Assembly: GCA_046566145.1 (NCBI GenBank)
Contig: JBKHXF010000032.1
Span: 78,036 to 142,035 of the forward strand
DNA from: Actinomycetes bacterium
GTDB taxonomy: Bacteria > Actinomycetota > Nitriliruptoria > Nitriliruptorales > Nitriliruptoraceae
DNA: 64,000 bases
Direction: 5' to 3'
Of this stretch, positions 28,755 through 37,018 are shown one piece after another (within the stretch, counting starts at the first letter, position 1; each line of letters opens with the position of its first letter). The position numbers and the translations under genes are program-made. The notes beneath the pieces were generated by a model. That model searched no databases. It was given only the letters and a program-made list of their open reading frames with translations, and had not been told where the DNA came from.

Positions 28755-30497
28755 GGGAGCGGTGCGTGCCGCCGGGGCGGGGCGGCCCGGGGGACCCGTG
28801 GTCCGACCGAGGTACACCTCCCCGCGCGCGGCGATGGGGCCGAGCCCGAGCTCCTGCGCGAACCCGACGCTGCGCTCGATCCAGGCCGTCGCGGCCGTGT
28901 CCCCGACCGCCGACGTGGCGTCCGCCACCGCGTCGAGCGCCCAGGCGTGCATCCAGCGGTAGGCGTCGGGGACGCTGGCGCAGAACGGGGGGAGGTCCGT
29001 CAGGATGCCGAGGCCCTCGCGCACCGCGGCCTGGTCGACACGCACGAGGCCGAGCGCCCGCAGCGCGCTCGTCCGGTAGCACGGGTCGTCGACCTGCTCG
29101 GCGAGCGCCGCCGCGTGCTCCGCGGTCGCAGCGGCTCGTGACAGGGCGCCGTGTCGCCGCAACGCCTCCGCGAGCAGGCTCTCCGGGAAGGGCACGTGGC
29201 TGGTCCAGTCGGCCCGGCGTGCGCGGGTGACGGCGGACCCGAGCGTCGCCACGGCGTCCCCCTGCCCGGTCAGCAGCTGCTGGCGGCCGAGCACGGTCGT
29301 CGCGTAGGTCCCGAGCCGCGTGTCACCCGTCCGGTCCGCGAGGTCCGACGCGGCGGCCAGCAGGTCGGCGGCGTGCTGGAGCTCGCCGACGTCGTCGCGG
29401 CCCACCCCCTCGTAGACGTCCACCCACCCGGTCGTCGCCGGGTCGTCGGTCGCCCGTCGGGCTCGGTCGAACCACACGAAGCACCGGGCGTAGCGCCCGC
29501 GCAGCAGGTCCACGTAGCCGAGCTGTCGGGCGGCGGCCGCCGCGAGCGCGGCATCGCCGAGGTCCTCGGCGATGGGCAGGGCCTCGTGCAGGAGGGTCGG
29601 GCCGTCGTCGTCGGTGCTGCGCACGCTCTGGACGAGCGCCCGCCCGAGGGTCACCAGCGCCCGCGCCAGCAGCGCCCGGTTGCCCAGTGCCCGGGCCGCC
29701 ACGACCGCGCTGCGCAGGGCCTGGAGCCCGGCGTCCACGGCGCCTGCGGCCAGGGCGGCCTCGCCCGCCTCGAGCTGAGCGACGACCGCCATCGGCCCGG
29801 TGGCGTGACGGTTCCCGCCCGGGACCGCCCGACGTGCGTCGGCGAACCGGGCGGACGGGTCGATCCCGAGGTGGTCGCGGAGGAGCGCGGTCGCCGAACG
29901 AGCGACGTCGGCGGCGTCGTCGGTCCGGCCGGCGAGGTGGAGGCAGCGGACGAGCAGCGCCCAGACGTCCTCGTCGAGGGGGGCGGCAGCGGCCGCGGCC
30001 TCGGCGATGCGGATCGCCCCTGCGTGGTCACCGCGACCCAGCCGGTCGAGCGTCGCCTCGCGGCGGACGTCGAGCACGAGGCGTCGCGTGTGGCGTCGGG
30101 CGGCCTCGAGCCACGTGGCCGCAGCCGGGGACGTGGTGAGCTCGACACCGGTGAGCAGGTCGTCGTCGAGACCGTCGAGCGACAGCGCCGCCGCCGCGTC
30201 CCCGGCGCGCAGGAGGGCGACGTCGACGGTCGCGTCGGCCGGCAGCGCGAGCCGGAGCGGGTCCCCGTCGATCTCCACGCCGAGCGCGCGGCGCAGGTGC
30301 GACAGGTTCCACCGCAACGCCCCGGCAGGGTCCGACGCGTCCGGGAACAGGTCCGCGATGACCCGGCTCCGGGGGACCGGGGCGTCGGTGAGCAGGAGCC
30401 GGGCGAGCAGGACCCAGGCCTTGTCGCCACGCAGCGACACCTCGTGCCCGTCCCGGATGGCGAGTCGGGGGCCGAGCAGGCGCAGGTGCAGGGACAT
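28752..30497 (-). CDS. SARP (AfsR/DnrI/RedD) family transcriptional regulator with BTAD and TPR-like C-terminus
   Basis: OmpR-type wHTH region (LRLLGP..I...G..V.LRGDKAWVLLARLLL), BTAD region (WALLVRCLHLAGRTDDA) and a helical repeat tail. Confidence 0.8.
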   Translation of the reverse strand: MSLHLRLLGPRLAIRDGHEVSLRGDKAWVLLARLLLTDAPVPRSRVIADLFPDASDPAGALRWNLSHLRRALGVEIDGDPLRLALPADATVDVALLRAGDAAAALSLDGLDDDLLTGVELTTSPAAATWLEAARRHTRRLVLDVRREATLDRLGRGDHAGAIRIAEAAAAAAPLDEDVWALLVRCLHLAGRTDDAADVARSATALLRDHLGIDPSARFADARRAVPGGNRHATGPMAVVAQLEAGEAALAAGAVDAGLQALRSAVVAARALGNRALLARALVTLGRALVQSVRSTDDDGPTLLHEALPIAEDLGDAALAAAAARQLGYVDLLRGRYARCFVWFDRARRATDDPATTGWVDVYEGVGRDDVGELQHAADLLAAASDLADRTGDTRLGTYATTVLGRQQLLTGQGDAVATLGSAVTRARRADWTSHVPFPESLLAEALRRHGALSRAAATAEHAAALAEQVDDPCYRTSALRALGLVRVDQAAVREGLGILTDLPPFCASVPDAYRWMHAWALDAVADATSAVGDTAATAWIERSVGFAQELGLGPIAARGEVYLGRTTGPPGRPAPAARTAP

Positions 30498-30550
30498 GGC
30501 GGTCCTCCGGGCCGGCCGGGCCGACCGACGTCGCAGTGTCGCGCACCGGC

Positions 30551-30608
30551 GTGTGACGCGGCGTGTGACCGGTCCACGAGGGCCTCGGGGTCACACGAGC
30601 CGTCACAC
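30551..30608. promoter_or_regulatory. Symmetric repeat array (2 direct plus 2 inverted GTGTGAC heptamers) in the SARP / DUF4242-arcA divergent region
   Basis: GTGTGAC at 30551 and 30563; GTCACAC at 30590 and 30602. The 20-nt arms are 17/20 complementary and are separated by 20 nt. Confidence 0.5.
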
Positions 30609-30678
30609 GGGGTGCCCGGACCGTGCTCGCGGGCCACAACGGCTGCACGACATCAGCACCGTCGAGAGAGGGAACCAC

Positions 30679-30954
30679 GTGAGGACCTACATCATCGAGC
30701 GAACCATCCCCGGGGCGTCCGGCCTGTCCGGCGACGACCTCCGAGGGATCGCGACGACGTCGAACGGCGTCGTCGACGGTCTGGGGGTCCCCTACGAGTG
30801 GGACCACAGCTACGTCGCGGGTGACCGGATCATCTGCGTGCATCGCGCCGAGAACGAGGAGGCGGTCCGCGAGCACGCCCGGCGCGGGAACTTCCCGGTC
30901 GACTCCGTCACCGAGGTCGCGGCGGTCTTCGGCCCGGAGACCGCCGGCGCCTGA
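30679..30954 (+). CDS. DUF4242 (SCO4226-like) small protein
   Basis: 91 aa with RTYIIERTIPGA...L and ...ICVHRAENEEAVREHARRGNFPVD. GTG preceded by GAGAGAGGGA. Confidence 0.65.
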   Translation: MRTYIIERTIPGASGLSGDDLRGIATTSNGVVDGLGVPYEWDHSYVAGDRIICVHRAENEEAVREHARRGNFPVDSVTEVAAVFGPETAGA

Positions 30955-31059
30955 CGCCCCGCACGACCCTCCCGTCCGCCCGGGGCCTGCCCGCCCCGGG
31001 CGGGCGCGGGTAGGGTGCCGGGCCCCACACCGGGGGCCGAGCCCACTGGAGCGACCGAC

Positions 31060-32298
31060 GTGCACGTTGCCGACGCACCCTCGACGCGCGTGGCCGGGAG
31101 CGTTCGGTCCGAGGTCGGGCGCCTCCGCACGGTGCTGCTGCACCGCCCGGGGCTCGAGCTCGGCCGCATCACGCCGACCAACAAGGACGACCTGCTCTTC
31201 GACGAGCTGCTGTGGGTCGAGCACGCCCAGGCGGAGCACGACGCCTTCACCGACCTGCTCGAGGGCAACGGTGTCGAGGTCCTCCACGTCGAGCGTCTGC
31301 TCGCCGAGGTGCTCGCGGACCGCGACCTCGCCGCGGAGGTGGTGCACGCGCAGGTCACCCCGCAGCAGTGTGGCCCGCAGGCGGTCGACCGGGTCCGCTC
31401 GTTCCTGCTCGACCTCGACACCACGGAGCTCGTCGACCACCTCTTCGGCGGCGTGACCATCGAGGAGGCCGGCGCCGGACAGGGCCTCGTCTCGGCGGCC
31501 TCGGCCCCCAACGAGCTGTTCCTCGACCCCCTGCCGAACGCCGTGTTCATGCGGGACTCGTCCGCGTGGATCGGGGAGGGCGCCGTGCTCTCGCCGATGA
31601 ACCGCCTCGTGCGCCGGCGGGAGACCGACCTGCTGCGCCTGCTGCTGACCCGGCACCCGCGCTTCGCCGGCGCACCCATCTGGTTCGGCGGCGACCCGGG
31701 TGACCACGTCCCCGCCACCTTCGAGGGCGGCGACCTGCTCGTCGTCGGGGAGCGCGGGCTCGCGGTCGGGATCTCCGAGCGCACCACGCCCTCCGGCGTC
31801 GAGGTGCTCGCGACCCGGCTGTTCGCCGCCGGCGCGGTCGACCGCGTCCTCGCCGTGGACCTGCCGAAGGTCCGCGCCGCCATGCACCTCGACACCATCG
31901 TCACGCAGGTCGACGTCGACGCGTTCATCACCTACCCGGCGTTCACGCCGCAGCTGCGCTGCTTCCAGGTGACCCCGGACGGCGCCGGCGGGGTGGCGGT
32001 CACCGACGCCGCCGGCCTGATGCAGGGGCTCGCCTGGGCCGCGGGGCTCGACCACGCTCGCGCCATCGAGCCGGCGCTCGGCTCGACCCGCGCTGAGCGG
32101 GAGCAGTGGAACGACGCGAACAACACGCTCGCGATCGCGCCCGGCGTGGTCGTCGCCTACGAGCGGAACGTCGCCACCAACGAGATCCTCGAGCGTGCCG
32201 GCGTCACGGTGCACACCATCCCGAGCTACGAGCTGCCGCGTGGTCGGGGTGGTCCGCGCTGCATGTCCTGCCCGGTCCTGCGCGACCCGGTCGGGTGA
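31060..32298 (+). CDS. arcA: Arginine deiminase
   Basis: VRSEVGRLRTVLLHRPG N-terminal motif and C-terminal catalytic Cys motif GGPRCMSCP. The GTG at 31060 has a GGAG 9 nt upstream. The ORF-track start at 31015 overlaps a TAGGGT -10-like hexamer. Confidence 0.88.
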   Translation: MHVADAPSTRVAGSVRSEVGRLRTVLLHRPGLELGRITPTNKDDLLFDELLWVEHAQAEHDAFTDLLEGNGVEVLHVERLLAEVLADRDLAAEVVHAQVTPQQCGPQAVDRVRSFLLDLDTTELVDHLFGGVTIEEAGAGQGLVSAASAPNELFLDPLPNAVFMRDSSAWIGEGAVLSPMNRLVRRRETDLLRLLLTRHPRFAGAPIWFGGDPGDHVPATFEGGDLLVVGERGLAVGISERTTPSGVEVLATRLFAAGAVDRVLAVDLPKVRAAMHLDTIVTQVDVDAFITYPAFTPQLRCFQVTPDGAGGVAVTDAAGLMQGLAWAAGLDHARAIEPALGSTRAEREQWNDANNTLAIAPGVVVAYERNVATNEILERAGVTVHTIPSYELPRGRGGPRCMSCPVLRDPVG

Positions 32299-33098
32299 GC
32301 GGTCCGGCGGCATCCCCCGTCATCGCCCTGCGCGACGTCCGCGTGGTCACCGACGGCGCGGTGCTGCTCGACGACGTGTCGCTGGAGGTCCCGGCGGGGG
32401 GCCACACGGTCCTGCTGGGCCCCAACGGCGCCGGCAAGACCACCCTGCTCCGGGTGCTGACCGGCTACCGGTTCCCGACGACGGGACGGGTGGAGGTCCT
32501 CGGTCGGCTGCTCGGCCGGACCCACGTCCGGACCCTGCGACCGCTCGTCGGGCTCGTGTCCGCCGGGCTCGGCGACCTGCTCGACCGGCGGGCGCGCGTC
32601 GCCGACCTCCTCGCGGCGGCGCGCGACGGCGCCACCGCGCCGGTGCCTCGCGCCGCGGCCGGCGCGGCCCCCGACCCCGGCGCGCTCGAGGCCCTCGCCC
32701 GGGTCGGCGCGACCCACCTCGCGACCCGCACCGGCGGGACCCTGTCGCAGGGGGAGTGGCAGCGGGTGACGATCGCGCGGGCGCTGGTGACGGCCCCCCC
32801 GCTGCTCGTGCTCGACGAGCCGTTCGCCGGTCTCGACGTCGGGGCGCGGGAGGACCTGCTCGCCGACCTCGACCGGCTGTGCCGCGACCCGGAGGGGCCG
32901 ACGCTGCTGCTGGTGACGCACCACCTCGAGGAGGTCCCGCCGGCGGTGACCCGCGCGGTGCTGCTCGCGGGTGGCCGCGTGGTGGCCGCCGGCGCGGTCG
33001 ACGACGTGCTCGCGGACGGGCCGCTCACCGAGGCCTTCGGCGTGCCGCTGCGCGTGGTCGTGGACGACGTCGGTCGGCGGCACGCCCGCCGGCGCTGA
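32295..33098 (+). CDS. Orphan ABC-type ATPase with no adjacent permease
   Basis: Walker A GPNGAGKTT and Walker B LLVLDEP. The signature motif is atypical (LSQGEWQR). The GTG overlaps the arcA stop (GTGA). Confidence 0.8.
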   Translation: MSGPAASPVIALRDVRVVTDGAVLLDDVSLEVPAGGHTVLLGPNGAGKTTLLRVLTGYRFPTTGRVEVLGRLLGRTHVRTLRPLVGLVSAGLGDLLDRRARVADLLAAARDGATAPVPRAAAGAAPDPGALEALARVGATHLATRTGGTLSQGEWQRVTIARALVTAPPLLVLDEPFAGLDVGAREDLLADLDRLCRDPEGPTLLLVTHHLEEVPPAVTRAVLLAGGRVVAAGAVDDVLADGPLTEAFGVPLRVVVDDVGRRHARRR

Positions 33099-33101
33099 CG
33101 G

Positions 33102-33788
33102 TCAGCCCGTGACGCGGGCGTGGAGCTCGCGCAGCCGGCCGGCGACGTCCCCCGTGAGCGGCGTCCCGTGCGCCAGCAGCAGCGTCCCCGGTTCGAGGTC
33201 GGCGAGCGTCAGCATCGAGGCGTGGCTGCGCCCGACGTCGGAGCAAAACGCCGCGAACGACGGCCCGAGCCGGAACACGTTGAACACGGCGTCACCGCCG
33301 ATCGTGATGCCCCGGGCGGGCAGGTGGAAGGCCGTGTGACCGGGGGAGTGGCCCGGTGTCGGGACGGCGACCAGCCCGCCGGCGACGGCGAGGCGCTCGG
33401 GGACCGGGCGGACCGACGGCACCGGGGCCACGGTATGGGCGAAGCGCCCGAGGACCCGGCCGCCGAGCGTCGCGGGGTCGTTCGGGGGCATCTCGCCGCT
33501 CGCGACCCAGGGCACGTCGCCGGCGCCGGCGAGCACCTCGCCGACGCGGAACCGCTCGACGAGCTCCGCGGCGCCGCCGGCGTGGTCGGGGTGGCAGTGG
33601 GTCAGCAGCAGCCGGTCGACGCGGTCGAACCCGAGCCGGCCGAGGGCGCCGACGATGCGACGGTGGACGGCCGCGACCGACGCGTCGACGACGGTCACGC
33701 CGCTGTCGTCGTCGGCCAGCACCCACACGTTGACGTACGGGAGCGTCTCGACCTGCCACACCCCGTCGCCGACCTGGTCGATCCGCAC
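33102..33788 (-). CDS. MBL-fold metallo-hydrolase
   Basis: HCHPDHAGG (HxHxDH) motif; 228 aa. Confidence 0.85.
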   Translation of the reverse strand: MRIDQVGDGVWQVETLPYVNVWVLADDDSGVTVVDASVAAVHRRIVGALGRLGFDRVDRLLLTHCHPDHAGGAAELVERFRVGEVLAGAGDVPWVASGEMPPNDPATLGGRVLGRFAHTVAPVPSVRPVPERLAVAGGLVAVPTPGHSPGHTAFHLPARGITIGGDAVFNVFRLGPSFAAFCSDVGRSHASMLTLADLEPGTLLLAHGTPLTGDVAGRLRELHARVTG

Positions 33789-33829
33789 GCACGCTCCCGT
33801 CCGCCGGGGTGGACCGCCCGGCCGCGGGC

Positions 33830-33835
33830 AGCCTA
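33830..33835 (-). promoter_or_regulatory. -10-like hexamer TAGGCT (minus strand) upstream of the MBL hydrolase gene
   Basis: 41 nt upstream of the GTG at 33788. Confidence 0.3.
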
Positions 33836-33937
33836 CGTCCGGCCTGGGTCGGTGCGGGCGCGGACGTGAACGCGGGTTAACCTCGCCGGGCCGGCCCGAT
33901 CGGGCCGGGACACCAGCACCAACAGCGAGGACCCGCC

Positions 33938-35158
33938 ATGGCTGAGGCCGTCATCGTCGCGACCGCCCGCACCCCCATCGGTCGCGCCTTCAAGGGGTCG
34001 ATGACCGGGCTCCGCCCGGACGACCTGACCGCGACCATCATCCAGGCCGCGATGGACAAGGTCCCGCAGCTCGACCCGTCGCTGGTCGAGGACCTGCACC
34101 TCGGGTGTGGTCTCCCGGGCGGCGAGCAGGGCTTCAACATGGCCCGCGTCGTCACGACGCTGCTCGGCTGGCAGGACGTCCCCGGCACGACCCTGACCCG
34201 GTACTGCGCGTCGTCGCTGCAGACCACCCGGATGGCGTTCCACGCCATCAAGGCCGGCGAGGGCGACGTGTTCGTGTCCGCCGGCGTGGAGATGGTGTCT
34301 CGGTACGTGAAGGGCAACTCCGACTCCCTCGACGGGACGATGAACCCGCGCTTCGAGGAGGCGCAGGAGCGCACCAAGCAGGTCGCCGAGCAGGGCGCCG
34401 ACGGCTGGGAGAACCCGGTCGACCTCGGCAAGCTCCCCGACATCTACATCCCGATGGGGCAGACCGCCGAGAACGTCGCGCTGCTCGAGGGTGTCTCCCG
34501 CGAGGCGATGGACGACTTCGCCTACGAGTCGCAGATGCGGTACGCGAAGGCCGACGCCGAGGGCTTCTGGGCGAACGAGATCACCCCGATCGAGCTGCCC
34601 GACGGCTCCACGCTCTCGACCGACGACTCGCCCCGCGCCAACACCGAGCGCGACAAGATGTCCGAGCTCGCCCCGGTGTTCCGCCCCGACGGTCGCGTCA
34701 CCGCCGGCAACGCCTGCCCCCTCAACGACGGTGCCGCGGCCGTGGTCATCATGAGCGACACCAAGGCCGCCGAGCTCGGCATCGAGCCGCTCGCGCGCAT
34801 CGTGTCCACGGGCGTCTCCGCGCTCAACCCGGAGATCATGGGCCTCGGCCCGGTCGAGGCGACCCGCAAGGCGCTGGCCAACGCCGGCATGTCCATCGGG
34901 GACATCGACATCGCCGAGATCAACGAGGCGTTCGCGGCGCAGGTCCTGCCGTCGGCCGACCAGCTCGGCATCGACCACGAGAAGCTGAACCCGCACGGCG
35001 GCTCGATCGCCGTCGGCCACCCGTTCGGCGCGACCGGCGCCCGCATCACCGGCACCCTCATCAACGGCCTGCGGCACCGAGACGGCACCTTCGGGCTCGA
35101 GACGATGTGCGTCGGCGGCGGGCAGGGCATGGCGATGATCATCGAGCGCCTGAAGTGA
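33938..35158 (+). CDS. Acetyl-CoA C-acetyltransferase (thiolase II)
   Basis: Active-site regions RYCASSLQ, NEAFAAQ, GHPFGATG and CVGGGQG. Confidence 0.92.
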   Translation: MAEAVIVATARTPIGRAFKGSMTGLRPDDLTATIIQAAMDKVPQLDPSLVEDLHLGCGLPGGEQGFNMARVVTTLLGWQDVPGTTLTRYCASSLQTTRMAFHAIKAGEGDVFVSAGVEMVSRYVKGNSDSLDGTMNPRFEEAQERTKQVAEQGADGWENPVDLGKLPDIYIPMGQTAENVALLEGVSREAMDDFAYESQMRYAKADAEGFWANEITPIELPDGSTLSTDDSPRANTERDKMSELAPVFRPDGRVTAGNACPLNDGAAAVVIMSDTKAAELGIEPLARIVSTGVSALNPEIMGLGPVEATRKALANAGMSIGDIDIAEINEAFAAQVLPSADQLGIDHEKLNPHGGSIAVGHPFGATGARITGTLINGLRHRDGTFGLETMCVGGGQGMAMIIERLK

Positions 35159-35194
35159 CCCACCTCCCGGCGGGACGCACCCGCTAGCGTCGAC

Positions 35195-35221
35195 GAGGCC
35201 CGCCGGACACCGGCGGGCCTC
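35195..35221 (+). terminator. Stem-loop terminator after the thiolase gene
   Basis: GAGGCCCGCCGG-ACA-CCGGCGGGCCTC forms a perfect 12-bp stem. Confidence 0.55.
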
Positions 35222-35239
35222 GCGGCGTCAGGAGGGCGC

Positions 35240-36097
35240 GTGACCGGCGACGAGGGCGGGGCGGACGCCCGGACGGTCCGGCTGGAGGCGTGGACCGGGC
35301 CGGTCGACCCGGACGACCCGAACGCGGCGTTCAAGCACGAGGTCGCGGGGACGTCGCTGCTCGACCCGCTCGCCACGCTCGAGGGGCTCTCCGCCCTGGT
35401 CGGCGTGCCGGTGGGCGCGCTCGCCCGTCACGTGCTCGCCCGGTGGGCCGCGGCGGGCTCCGAGGCGCTGCTCGAGCTCGGGCCGAGCACCGTGGAGCGC
35501 ATGGCGGACATCGTCGAGCAGGCCAGGGCCGACGGGAGCGACGCGGCCCGTGTCGAGGCGTTCGAGGCGCTCGCGCCGCTGGTGACGTGGCTCGGTGCCG
35601 GCCTCGAGGACCCGCGCGGCACGTACCCCGCCGGCGGCGCCGGTCCGCGCCGGCGGGTGCGCGTCGGCGTGTACGGCGTCGCCACGACACCGGAGGTGCT
35701 CCTGCTCGTGCGCATCGCGCCGGGGTGGCCACGGGCCGGCTCGTGGACCCTGCCCGGCGGGGGGCTCCACCACGGCGAGGACGTGCTCGCCGGGCTCGCC
35801 CGGGAGTTCGAGGAGGAGACCGGCCTGGTGCCGTCGCGACCCCGGTTGCTGGACGCGACCTCGACCCACCTCCCACCGAACGAGCGGTTCCCCGACGAGG
35901 ACCTGCACCACGTGCAGCTGCTCTACGCCGTCGACGTCGACCCGGACGCCGAGCTCCACCAAGAGCTCGACGAGTCGACCGACGCGGCCGCGTGGGTGCG
36001 CCGCGAGGCGCTGCCCGGCATGGAGCTGCACCCGCTCGCGCGCCGGGCATCGGCGCTCCTCGCCCGGGGGGCCAGCCCGGCCGGGGACGTCAGCTGA
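35240..36097 (+). CDS. NUDIX hydrolase with an uncharacterised N-terminal domain of about 130 aa
   Basis: Nudix box GGGLHHGEDVLAGLAREFEEETG. GTG preceded by AGGAGGG. Confidence 0.75.
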   Translation: MTGDEGGADARTVRLEAWTGPVDPDDPNAAFKHEVAGTSLLDPLATLEGLSALVGVPVGALARHVLARWAAAGSEALLELGPSTVERMADIVEQARADGSDAARVEAFEALAPLVTWLGAGLEDPRGTYPAGGAGPRRRVRVGVYGVATTPEVLLLVRIAPGWPRAGSWTLPGGGLHHGEDVLAGLAREFEEETGLVPSRPRLLDATSTHLPPNERFPDEDLHHVQLLYAVDVDPDAELHQELDESTDAAAWVRREALPGMELHPLARRASALLARGASPAGDVS

Positions 36098-36797
36098 TCA
36101 GCCCGAGCCGGAAGCCGCGGGCGACCGCGCCGGTGCGGTCGGGGGTGTCCAGCTTGGCCAGCAGGTTCTGCACGTGGGTCTTGACCGTCCGCGCCGACAC
36201 GCCGAGCCGCGTGCCGATCTCCGCGTTCGTCATGCCCTCCGCGAGCAGCTGGAGCACCTCGAGCTCGCGGGGGGTGACGGCGTCTCCCCCCGGGCCGGGC
36301 TGCTCCGTCCGCCACGACGCCGCCAGCTGCACGGCGACCTCCGGCGGGACCACACGCTCACCCGCCGCGGTGGCGGTCACGGCAGCGCGGAGCTCCGACT
36401 CGCTGGCGCGCGAGAGCACGAAGCTGTCGACCCCGGCGATGACGGCCTCGCGCAGGTCGACCACGTTGATGCTCTCGGCCACGACGAGCACGTGCAGCTC
36501 GGGGCGCACCGACCTCGCGACCGCGATCGCGTGGAACGGGTCGGCGTCGTGCTGGTCGATCCCGACCACGGCGACGTCCGGGGTCCGTGACTCCACCAGC
36601 CCCAGCAGCCCGTCGGTCCGGTCGGCGCCGACGACGGTCGCGTCGCCCGCCCCGAGGACGGCGCAGAGGCCGGCTCGGACGAGCGGGCGGTCGTCGGTGA
36701 CGACGAGGGTCGTCCGCGTCGCCGTCGCGCCGCCCGGCCCCGGCGCCGTGGGGCCCGGGTCGGTCGGCAGCCTGCTGCGCGGGTCGGGGCCGACCAC
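36090..36797 (-). CDS. NarL/LuxR-family response regulator (orphan)
   Basis: Receiver domain (VVTDDRPLVRAG, DVAVVGID) plus LuxR HTH (TPRELEVLQLLAEGMTNAEIGTRLGVSARTVKTHV). GTG at 36797. Its 3' end overlaps the convergent NUDIX gene by 8 nt. Confidence 0.82.
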   Translation of the reverse strand: MVGPDPRSRLPTDPGPTAPGPGGATATRTTLVVTDDRPLVRAGLCAVLGAGDATVVGADRTDGLLGLVESRTPDVAVVGIDQHDADPFHAIAVARSVRPELHVLVVAESINVVDLREAVIAGVDSFVLSRASESELRAAVTATAAGERVVPPEVAVQLAASWRTEQPGPGGDAVTPRELEVLQLLAEGMTNAEIGTRLGVSARTVKTHVQNLLAKLDTPDRTGAVARGFRLGLIS

Positions 36798-37018
36798 GTG
36801 GGCTCCTCGCTCGCTCGAGCGCGCGCACGTGCGTGCACGCCCCGCAATCATCCCCAGCCGGGCCTCGCCCCGCGCGGCTTCCGCGGGTGGTCTTGCAGGC
36901 CCACCGACCACCCGGAGGTACTAGTCCGGACGGGTGGTCGAGCCCCCGCTGCCCGGTTCCGTGGACACCACGGGATCCGCGTGGGACCATCTCCGGCGCC
37001 GATGAGGAGGGACCCCAG

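Noticed and set aside
30564-30595. CRP/FNR (ArcR-like) site TGTGA-n6-TCACA upstream of arcA
   Set aside because: TGTGA and TCACA cores are present, but the inner pair is 22 nt apart rather than 6. The canonical palindrome geometry is therefore not met. I kept it as a generic repeat-array finding instead.
35185-35190. TAGCGT -10-like hexamer before the NUDIX gene
   Set aside because: It lies upstream of the thiolase terminator hairpin (35195..35221), so a transcript starting there would run straight into the stem-loop. It is more likely fortuitous.
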